Of a stretch of DNA of 64,000 nucleotides, positions 28,940-37,469 are shown piece after piece. The stretch covers positions 64,001 to 128,000 of the forward strand of contig CAVTTN010000002.1 of NCBI GenBank assembly GCA_963737655.1. Reading direction: 5' to 3'. Position 1 is the first letter of the stretch. The number at the start of each line of letters is the position of its first letter. Made by a program: the position numbers and the translations under genes. The DNA is from an uncultured Planctomycetota bacterium. Its GTDB lineage: Bacteria; Planctomycetota; Planctomycetia; Isosphaerales; Isosphaeraceae. Below the pieces are notes generated by a model, which was not told the origin of the DNA, did no database searches, and worked only from the letters and a program-made list of their open reading frames with translations.

Positions 28940-30460
28940 TCAATGGATCGGCACGCCTCCGCCGTCGTCCCCTCCGCCGGCGGCCCGGGCCCGGTCCTGG
29001 TCGGCCGGGAGGAACTTCGAGCCGATCAGGAAGCAGAGGCTCCCGGCGATCAGGACCGGGATGATCAGCAGCATCCCCGCCGTGAAGTTCCTCGGGCCGG
29101 TCGCCCCGTGGACGTCCGCCGCCGCCTTCGCCCCTTCGATCGCCGGGGGCTCGGCCGGCCTCGCGCCGATGGATTCGAAGAATTTGCCCATCGGCGAGGC
29201 CAGCGCCGCCGGCTCGGCCAGCTCTCGCGAGAGGCGGCCGATCAGGGGGGGCGACGGGATGTCTCCCAGCAGGTGCAGCAGGAAAATGCTCAGCGCGAAG
29301 CCGGCCGCCCGGCGATTCGAGGGCACCACGTTCGCCGTGATCGTGTTGCACGGGCCGAGGCACGACGTCAGCAACACGCTGGCCACGAACAGGAACCCCA
29401 GCGCCACATATTTCGACGGGCTCAAAAGCCCCATCGTCCCGAACGGGATCGCCAGGAGGACCGCCGACCCGGCCCAGAGCATGTAGGCGCGTTTGGTCGT
29501 CTTCAGGAGCTTGTCGGGCAGCCACATGCTTAGCAACACGCCGACGATCCCCGCCACGGCCAGGGGGACGCCGATCAGCAGGTTGTCTTGCGGGCGGGTC
29601 TTGTGCACATACTGGAAGAACGTGGGCATCCAGTGGCCATAGGCCCCGATCGTGAACGTGACGGCCGCCATCCCCCCGGTGTTCAGCAGGAAGCTCGGCG
29701 TCTTCACGATCGCGAGATAGTCGGCGGCCGTCGGCTTCGGCCCCCGCGAGTGGTCCTTCCCCTCGGAGGCCCCTCGGCCCGGGTCGCGGATCAGGAGCCC
29801 GGCCATCGCCAGGACGAGTCCGGGGATGCCGACGACCCAGAACGCGGCCCGCCAGCCGTGGAGGGTCCACGCGATCGGCCCAAGGCCGACCCCTCCGGCC
29901 CAGCGGGTGATCGCCTCGGCGTGGGCCGTCGTGATCGCCTGGACGCTGCCGCCCAGCCCGTAGCCGATCGCCGTCCCCACCGGCAAGGCCAGGTAGAACA
30001 GGCCCATGACCCGCCCGCGGAGCCTCGGGGCGAACAGGTCCGCCAGGAGGGTCGGCGCCACGACGCCATAACTCGCCTCGCCGACGCCCAGCAAGGCGCG
30101 GGCCAGGAGCATCTGCCCGGAATTCGCCGCGAAGGCCGTGCCCGCCGTCGCCACGCTCCACAGTCCCACGCCGAACGCCAGGATCTTCCGGCGGCTGTAG
30201 CGGTCCCCCAGCCAGCCGACCAGGGGCGAGACGATCGTGTAGACGATCATGAACGACGACCCGAGATAGCCGAACTTCTCCGGGTCGGGCTCGATGTCCC
30301 TCATGATCGCCGGGCCGACGGCCGCGAACACGTAGCGATCGACATAGTTCAGCAGATTCATGCTGAACAGGACGCCCAGGGCGAACAGGGCCCCCCGGGC
30401 CATCGCGGGTAAAGCCGGGGACAGGCCCGCGACCGAGGGGCCGGGCGAGGAGTGCGTCAT
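28940..30460 (-). CDS. MFS transporter (spinster-like)
   Basis: NLLNYVDRY, motif A GWLGDRYSRRK, RALLGVGEASY and HLLGDIPSP; multiple TM helices. Confidence 0.92.
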   Translation of the reverse strand: MTHSSPGPSVAGLSPALPAMARGALFALGVLFSMNLLNYVDRYVFAAVGPAIMRDIEPDPEKFGYLGSSFMIVYTIVSPLVGWLGDRYSRRKILAFGVGLWSVATAGTAFAANSGQMLLARALLGVGEASYGVVAPTLLADLFAPRLRGRVMGLFYLALPVGTAIGYGLGGSVQAITTAHAEAITRWAGGVGLGPIAWTLHGWRAAFWVVGIPGLVLAMAGLLIRDPGRGASEGKDHSRGPKPTAADYLAIVKTPSFLLNTGGMAAVTFTIGAYGHWMPTFFQYVHKTRPQDNLLIGVPLAVAGIVGVLLSMWLPDKLLKTTKRAYMLWAGSAVLLAIPFGTMGLLSPSKYVALGFLFVASVLLTSCLGPCNTITANVVPSNRRAAGFALSIFLLHLLGDIPSPPLIGRLSRELAEPAALASPMGKFFESIGARPAEPPAIEGAKAAADVHGATGPRNFTAGMLLIIPVLIAGSLCFLIGSKFLPADQDRARAAGGGDDGGGVPIH

Positions 30461-30706
30461 GGGTCGCGAGATCTCGTCGTGAGGGATTCGTGAGGATGGC
30501 GCGAGCGATCCCTCGGTTATACCCACTCCGGCCGCCCCCGACGAGATCAGCGGGCCGGACCCTCAGGCCCGATTCCTTCCCGGTGGAAGAGTCTTCCGAA
30601 GGTTTTGGGTGGCGCGGGTCCCGCACTCGGGACCCGCGCCACCCAAAATGCTCCCGGCCGAAGTCTCCCAAAAAAGGAAACGGCCCTGGCCCGATCTCAA
30701 CCCAGA

Positions 30707-31892
30707 TCAATCGGGCTCGTCGTTGGTTCGCGAGGTCCGCCCCGCCGGGGCCTCGGGAAACCTTCCGCCGATCTCGGCGTCGAGGAGGACGAGGAGCTCG
30801 CGGTCCGAGGGCATGGTCCCGGGGATTCTCAGGATTCCGTTCTTCGATTCGAGGAGGCCCGGGACGATCCCGGCCGACATCACCAGGGTCTGGCCGATCG
30901 GCCAGTTGGTGATCGGCTGGTTCAGCCTGGTCTCGGAGACCTCGGGGACGTTGATCGTCATGTCGTTGGGGCCGATCTCCCGTCGGGTGAGGATCGACGT
31001 GCGGATCAGCCGGCGGACGACGTTGGTCCTCAGGTCCACGGCGAGGTCCAGGGCGTCGCCGTCGTAGGTCAACAGCGGGCTGATCGTCAGCCAGACGCCC
31101 TCTTCCAGCTTCTGGACGGCCGGCTGGAACCCCACGCCGACGGCGCCGTCGCGCTCGGCCCCGGCGATGTAATCGACCGGCTCGACCTTCTCGACGTGGA
31201 GGTTCTGGCCGTTCACGGCCTTGATCGAGGCGTCGTAGAGGATCTCGAACCCTCGGTAGAGTTGCATCTGGCTCAAGAGCATGGCGGCGTCGCCGACGCT
31301 CATGGTCCAGACCTGCTGGCCCTGGGGGCCGCCTCCCAGGGCGGTCATCCGGGCGTGGGCGAGGTATCGCCATCGGGTGTCCGCGGCCCGGACGAGGCGG
31401 ACCCTCAGCTTGAGGAGGTCGGCCTCGGACTTCGTGAAGCGCTTGACGATCCCGTCGACCTGTCGGAGCTTCTTGGGCGTGTGGTAGGCGCGGATCTGCG
31501 TCTTGGAGGCGCTCAGGACGGTGATCTTTTCGCCGTGCCAGTCGGTCGAGCCGGTGGTCCGGAAGATCCAGTCGATGATCCGGGATTCGGGGTGGGGGTT
31601 GTACGAGTTGCCGGCCATCGCGGTGTATCGGGCGATGTTCCAGGTCTGCGAGGTCATCCCCGGCTCGGGCCGGAAGTCGGTGGGCGGGGCGTTGTCGCCG
31701 GGCGGCGAGGGGGCCTCCGCCTCATCGACGGCCGGCAAGTCGTCGGGGTCCTTCGCGGCCTTGATCGAGCCGGAGGCGCCGGTCTTGCGCTTCTTGCGAG
31801 CCGCCGAGGGGCTCGTCCTGGGCCAGCAGGCGGCTCGCCGGCAGGAGGCCGCCGCTCAACAAAGCTACCGCCAGGGCCATCCGCCGGTTCAT
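30707..31892 (-). CDS. Exported hypothetical protein, weakly secretin-like; apparent frameshift at ~31810
   Basis: Signal peptide MNRRMALAVALLSGGLLPASRLLAQ at ATG 31892 joins ORF 30707-31738 if one C is removed. The C-terminal beta-rich part (EEGVWLTISP, INVPEV, RELLVLL) recalls secretin cores. Confidence 0.6.
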
Positions 31893-32050
31893 GCCAGGGG
31901 CCTCCTTGCCGGTCTGGCGGGGATCGCGGCCGGGGCGAGGGGCCCCGGCGCGAGGGGGACGGTAGCAGACCCCTCGATTTCACTCAAGATCAATGGGCCG
32001 GCGGACGACGGAAGGGCGGGTGGCCGGGGTCTCCGTTCCGTCGCGAGCGA

Positions 32051-33829
32051 TCATTCGCCGAACGGGCGATCGGCCGGGGTGTCCAGGTCGAAGAGGAAGA
32101 TGCTGTCCCCCACCCGCTCGACGACCTTGCGAGTCCTCAGCCAGCTCAGGTCGTTCTGGGAATAGAGGCCGTGGAGCCGGGACACGCTCGCGGCGAAATA
32201 ACGCGTGTAGACCGGGATGAAACCGCCTTCGGAGTCGTACAACCGACGATTCGGAGGGGTCTCGGCGGGGACCTGGAACGCCTTGCTCGGGTTCGGGACG
32301 GCGAAGACCCCGGGGACGTCCAGCCTCCTCTCCGTGCTGATGTCGGTCGTCACGTCGTGGATTCCCAGCCTCTGCAACGATCGGCCGAGGGCGTCGAAAT
32401 CCTGTCCCCAATCGATGTTCGAGTCGGCCAGGTAAATCCAGCCCCGCGACGGCCCGCCGCCGATCTCGTTGAACGACGACAGATAGCGGGGATGGGCCGA
32501 GATCGAGGCCCACATCAGCGCCGAGGCCGCCAGGACGGTGATCGGTCCCCAGACCCGGTCCCGGAGAGCCCGGCCCTCGAACAGCCTCGCCACGAACGGG
32601 GCCGCCAGCGGATAGGTCAACAACGCGTAGCGGACGCCGATGTTGACCTTGTTGCGAACCAGCATCAGCCAGAGCAGCGCCAGGCCCGCCGCGGCGACCC
32701 ACTCGAACGCGGAGAACTCCTTCGGCCGAGACCGGGCGACGGCCAGGACCATCAGCGCGAGCAGGCCAAGCGGCGTCTTGAGCAGGAACGCGATCGGGAA
32801 GTACAGGGCCCAGCCGTTCTGGCGGACCTGCCCGCAGAGGAAGGCGTCGTGCCCCTGGTTCTGGTGCCGGACCTGCTTCAGGACGCTCATCGCCGAGGTC
32901 GGGAACGGCCAGTCGGCCAGGGAGACCGGGCCGATCCGCTCCGGGAGTCGCCCTCCGGCGGCCTCGCCCAGGCGGACCGTCCCGAAGCCGTCACCCGCCC
33001 AGAGGACCAGGAACGCCACCGCCCCCATCGCCGCGACCGCGCCGAACGAACCGGCCAGCGATTCGACCGACCTGGAACGCCTCAAGGTCGTCCACACATG
33101 AACACCCGCCGCCAGGAGGATCAGCAGGAGGGCCGAATGCCTCATCGCCCAGGCCAGGCCCACGCCCAGGCCCACGGCCAGCCATCGGCCCCGGGACGGT
33201 CGCTCCGCGAACCGGGCCATCAGGATCATCGCGATCACGGCCGACGCGGTGAACGGGATGTCGCTGCCCGCGATCGCCGAATGCGCCAGGCATTCGGGCG
33301 ACAGCGAGACGACCGCCGCCGCCGCCAGGCCCGACCAGCCCCCGCGATCCCTCGCGACCCCCCAGAAGACCGCCAGGAGCAACACCACGCCCCAGCCGAT
33401 CGCCACGGCCCGGGCCGGCAGCAACACGCGGGGCATCCCCGACAGGACCAGGCGAGAGATCGCCGCCGGGTCGGACGAGGCGGGGAACATCCCGGCCGAC
33501 CGCAATGCCAGGGCCGTCGCCAGGCCGCCCAGGGCATGAGGCAACCTCGGGGCGCCCAGCTCCCACATCCCCAGGTCGTCGCCGGTGCGGATCAGGTGGA
33601 GGGTATGGACCAGGTGCGTGGTCTCGTCCGACGTGATCGAGTCGGTCCTCGCCACCTGCCACGTCCGGGCGACGAACAGGGCGATGATCCCGGTCAGGAC
33701 CAGCACGATCGACACCGCCCGAGGCCGCCGGGACGACGCCCGGCCCGGCTCGGTCTGGCAGATCGGTCGGGACGCGGGGGGAGGCGGGGCCAGGAGAGTC
33801 GCGGGGGTGCTCATCGAGGGGTCCTCCAT
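32051..33829 (-). CDS. GT-C fold (ArnT/PMT-like, GT39/GT83) membrane glycosyltransferase
   Basis: TSDETTH motif after the first TM, many TM helices, YFPIAFLLKTP, IGVRY and LADSNIDWGQD. Confidence 0.85.
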   Translation of the reverse strand: MEDPSMSTPATLLAPPPPASRPICQTEPGRASSRRPRAVSIVLVLTGIIALFVARTWQVARTDSITSDETTHLVHTLHLIRTGDDLGMWELGAPRLPHALGGLATALALRSAGMFPASSDPAAISRLVLSGMPRVLLPARAVAIGWGVVLLLAVFWGVARDRGGWSGLAAAAVVSLSPECLAHSAIAGSDIPFTASAVIAMILMARFAERPSRGRWLAVGLGVGLAWAMRHSALLLILLAAGVHVWTTLRRSRSVESLAGSFGAVAAMGAVAFLVLWAGDGFGTVRLGEAAGGRLPERIGPVSLADWPFPTSAMSVLKQVRHQNQGHDAFLCGQVRQNGWALYFPIAFLLKTPLGLLALMVLAVARSRPKEFSAFEWVAAAGLALLWLMLVRNKVNIGVRYALLTYPLAAPFVARLFEGRALRDRVWGPITVLAASALMWASISAHPRYLSSFNEIGGGPSRGWIYLADSNIDWGQDFDALGRSLQRLGIHDVTTDISTERRLDVPGVFAVPNPSKAFQVPAETPPNRRLYDSEGGFIPVYTRYFAASVSRLHGLYSQNDLSWLRTRKVVERVGDSIFLFDLDTPADRPFGE

Positions 33830-34475
33830 GACGAGCCGAGGCGCCCGGATCGATCCGAGCGCGGCATCGCCTCCGCGACGCCCGGCCAGCCGGGATCATA
33901 CCGGCCCCGCCCCCCGTCCGCAAGGTCCGACGACCCCGACGCCGTCGCGAGACCTACTGGAAGCGTGGGCAAACTGCGTCAACCTTGACGTTGCAAGGCG
34001 ACGAATGCTCAGGTCCAGAAATTCGCAGATCCTGGTCGCGTCAAATCTCTGCAAGTTTCAATCTGGGAGAAGTTGACCACACTTTGCGTCGCAAAGTCGC
34101 GAAAAGGGCGGAAATCGTAGGGGATTCGCGTGCGCAGCGAGGTGTGCGCAGGCAAGAATCCTCACGTCCGAATTCTCGGATTTCAGAAACCCAAAGCCCA
34201 TGCCCACAAGAAGATGTGCCAAGTGGTTTTTTCGAGCGATCGGGCCGAAAAACGCCGAAATGCGCGGTCGCGCCGAGGGGCCGCAACTCATCCATAGAGT
34301 TGGCAATCTTTCGTAGCTTTAAATCATGAATCGAATTTCGGGAACGGCGAGGCCGGCGGATTCGGTGATCGCCGGGGTCCTCGCCCGCGATGATCCTGGA
34401 ATCATGAATGTGCGGCGGCGTGGGCCGTCCTCGGCCCCGGGATCGGCGGCCCGAGACCGGGGCAGGGTGCGTCGC

Positions 34476-35693
34476 CAGGGCCGATCAGTGTTTCAAGATG
34501 CACAAGCTCGCGAGCAGGTCTCGGACGCGGGCGGCGTTCCGCCGCAGGCCGGCGGCGATGTTCGTCACCCCGTCGAGCCGCAGCTTACTGACGGCCAGGT
34601 TCCGCAGCGCCGCCAGCGCCTGCGGCCCCGACCCGCTCCGGGTCCGGTTGGCGTCCTCCCCCATCGTCACGTCCCGGACGTAGTGCAGCCGGTTCTCGAT
34701 CCCCCAGTGGCCCCGCACCCACCCCAGGAGCGCCGCCGCCTCGGCGCTGACGCGCGGCACGCTGGTGATCAGGTACTGGACCTCCACGGTCACCCCACCC
34801 CCGGCCGCGACCGTCCGCTCCAGGAGCCCGACCTGCGCCACCCCCGGCCAGTCCAGGTAGCCGTTGAGCGCCGTGGTCGTCCGCAGCACCCGCCGCTCGA
34901 CCCGCCCGCCGTGCTTGTCCAGGGCCGTCGCCACGTCGGCCTGCTCGGCCGCCTTCCGCCGGCCGTAGGGGGGAAAAGGCCGGCCCGAAGGCGGCCGCGA
35001 TGTCCGCCTTCAGGGTCGGCTGGTTGTCGTCGACCTTGACCAGGTAGTGGCCGCCGGCGTCGACCACCTGGCGGCACAGATCGCGCTGGCAGAACGCCGC
35101 GTCGCCGGTGATCACGCGGCCCTCCAGCACCATCCCCTCCAGGAGCCGCAGCGCCGCCTTGTGCTCGTTGGTCTCGGCCGGGACGCGGGCCTGGGCCAGC
35201 ACGCACCCGGTCTGCTGGTCCAGGGCCGCCAGCAGGTGGACCGCGGGGGCGGCGGCCGTGCCGCTGCCGCGGGAGGACTTGCCGTCGAGCGCCACGGCCC
35301 GCAGGCCCGGGCCGGCCCGCGGCCCCAGCAGGTGCTCGGCCCAGCGGGCCACGGCGGCCTCCAGGGCGTCGGCCGGGAGGCGGGCGAAGAGGGCCTGGAA
35401 GGCGCCGAAGGAGGCGGGCCGGCGGCGGTAGCCGAGGCGGTGCATGAGCTCGATCGGCTGGTCCCGGCCCCACTGGGCGATGGCGGCATAGCCGCGGCAC
35501 CCGCAGAGGATGGCGCAGCAGGCGTGGGCCAGCATCGCGACCATCGGATGCCTCCGGCCGTGCCGGGACCGCGGGTCGGGGACCTCGGCGAGGAATGCGA
35601 GCAGGCTGCCGGGGGGTGCGTAGGTCATCGGTGTCATACACTCCCAGAGAGGAACCGGGAGTCTACTACAGATTAAATAACCGATCGACCCTG
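34476..35693 (-). mobile_element. ISAs1-family insertion sequence (1218 bp)
   Basis: Imperfect TIRs CAGGGCCGATCAGTGTTT and (reverse complement) CAGGGTCGATCGGTTATTT. Exact 10-bp direct repeat GGTGCGTCGC at 34466-34475 and 35694-35703. Confidence 0.93.
34485..35637 (-). CDS. ISAs1-family DDE transposase, split into two frames at a TTTTCCCCCC run (34968-34977)
   Basis: VPDPRSRHGRRHP, ALDGKSSRGS, TNEH, ITGDAAFCQ, KVDDNQPTL; then HGGRVERR, RGHWGIENRLHYVRDVTMGED in the second frame. Confidence 0.92.
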
Positions 35694-35792
35694 GGTGCGT
35701 CGCTCCCTTGAAGCCGGGGGCGTCCTCGATTAGGCTCCACTCGGGGAGATCACGATTCGTCTAGGTGCGGACTCGGTCCGAAGGGGGCCTCG

Positions 35793-37190
35793 ATGTTGAC
35801 CCTGCTCGGGGGCGGGGCGAAGCTCTGCGACGGACTGAGCCGCCGAGAAGCCATGAGGATCGGCGGGATGGGCGCCCTGGGCTTCGGCCTCGGCCTGTCC
35901 GACCTGTCCCGGACGACGGCCCGGGCCGATCCGGGCGACTCTTCGTTCGGCCGCGCCAAGTCCTGTATCGTTTTGTTCCTGATGGGCGGCCCCCCGCAGC
36001 ATTCGACCTGGGACCCGAAGCCCGACTCGCCGGCCGAGGTCCGCGGCGCGTTCGGGCCGATCGCCACGACGGCCCCCGGCGTGTCCATCTCCGAGCTACT
36101 GCCGAAGACGGCGCGCCACGGCGACAAGCTCTGCCTGGTCCGGGCCATGTCCACGGGGGACAATGCGCATTCGTCCAGCGGTTATTACATGTTGACGGGC
36201 CGACCCCATCAGCCCATGAACGTGGAGAACGCCAACCCCGGGGCGCCGAACGATTCGCCAAGCCTCGGGGCGCTGCTCGGCCGGGTCGCCCCGGGACGGG
36301 ACGGGCTGCCTCCGGCCGTGACGCTCCCTCATCGCATCTTCAACACCGACGGGAGTATCTGGCCGGGCCAGGATGCCGGCCTCCTGGGTCGGGGGGCCGA
36401 CCCGTGGCTCCTGAACGCCAAGGTCGGGCCCGAGGGCTACCGGGTCCAGGAGATCGCCTTGCCGGCCGACCTGGACGAAGGGCGGCTCGCCGGCCGCCGC
36501 TCGCTGCTCGATCGCGTGAGGGCCGAGCTCGATTCCGACGCCTCGGCGGCCGTCTTCGAGCGCCGGAGCCGGGAGGCGTTCGACCTTTTGCTGTCTCCCA
36601 AGGCGCGCCGGGCCTTCCGGCTGGACGACGAGCCGGCCGCCAACCGCGAGCGATACGGCCCCGGGCCGTTCGGCCAGAGCGTGTTGATGGCCCGGAGGAT
36701 GGTGGAGGCCGGCGTCCGTTTGATCCAGGTCAACTGGTATCGCGGCCCCAACGAACCGACCGAGAACCCGTGCTGGGACAGTCACCGAGACGAAACCAAT
36801 CGACTCAAAACGACCCTCGTCCCGCCGTTCGACCAGGCATTCTCGGCGCTTTTGGAAGACCTGGAGGCGCGGGGTCTCCTGGACGAAACGCTCGTCGCGT
36901 GCATCTCCGAATTCGGCCGAAGTCCCAGGCTGGACGGCAATAACGGCCGGAACCACTGGGGCGGCGTCTTCTCGATCGCCCTGGCCGGAGGGGGGATTCG
37001 CGGAGGCCAGGCCTTCGGGGCGTCCGACAAGATCGGAGGATCGCCCAAGGAGGGTCGGGTCCGGCCCGAGGACCTCTCAGCCACCCTCTTCCACCTCCTC
37101 GGCCACGCCCCGAACGAGGAATATCGCGACCCGCTGGGCCGCCCTTTGCCGATCAGCCGGGGCGAGGTCGTCCGGCCGATCCTGCTGTAA
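35793..37190 (+). CDS. DUF1501 domain protein
   Basis: CDGLSRREAM Tat-like N-terminus, LFLMGGPPQHSTWDPKP, ARRMVEAGV, WDSH, SEFGRSP and GRNHW. Confidence 0.93.
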   Translation: MLTLLGGGAKLCDGLSRREAMRIGGMGALGFGLGLSDLSRTTARADPGDSSFGRAKSCIVLFLMGGPPQHSTWDPKPDSPAEVRGAFGPIATTAPGVSISELLPKTARHGDKLCLVRAMSTGDNAHSSSGYYMLTGRPHQPMNVENANPGAPNDSPSLGALLGRVAPGRDGLPPAVTLPHRIFNTDGSIWPGQDAGLLGRGADPWLLNAKVGPEGYRVQEIALPADLDEGRLAGRRSLLDRVRAELDSDASAAVFERRSREAFDLLLSPKARRAFRLDDEPAANRERYGPGPFGQSVLMARRMVEAGVRLIQVNWYRGPNEPTENPCWDSHRDETNRLKTTLVPPFDQAFSALLEDLEARGLLDETLVACISEFGRSPRLDGNNGRNHWGGVFSIALAGGGIRGGQAFGASDKIGGSPKEGRVRPEDLSATLFHLLGHAPNEEYRDPLGRPLPISRGEVVRPILL

Positions 37191-37222
37191 TCGGCGTCAT
37201 GCGGTCGAAGTCAAAACCAGGC

Positions 37223-37305
37223 CCTTCGGCGAAACGCAGATTACGCAGATTAAATGCTTAAGATCTGATTACATTTAATCTGCGTAATCTGCGTTTCGCC
37301 GAAGG
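37223..37305. repeat. Long palindromic element family D
   Basis: Perfect 34-bp inverted arms CCTTCGGCGAAACGCAGATTACGCAGATTAAATG with a 15-bp spacer, an internal ACGCAGATT tandem and weaker outer flanks (~37191-37337). Confidence 0.85.
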
Positions 37306-37469
37306 CCCTTAACTTTTCCTCGACCGCGTCAAGCCGATGTCTGTCCGTCTCGCAAGACGGGCGATCCCCGTCGGGTTTGTCGTCGCAATTCTTGTCCTGC
37401 GGCGGCGAATGGCCTGTAAGGAGCGATCAGGGCCAGGGAATTCTCCGATCTTGATCAGAGGGGGCAATC

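Noticed and set aside
30605..33988. Very long ORFs in the track (1127 aa here; also 42017-45316, 55662-58601, 16638-19142, 28809-31373)
   Set aside because: They are antisense or off-frame shadows of well-supported genes, expected in high-GC DNA; they are Arg/Gly/Pro-rich with no motifs.
33985..34329. Short ORFs in the AT-richer island
   Set aside because: Atypical codon usage, no RBS and no recognisable motifs.
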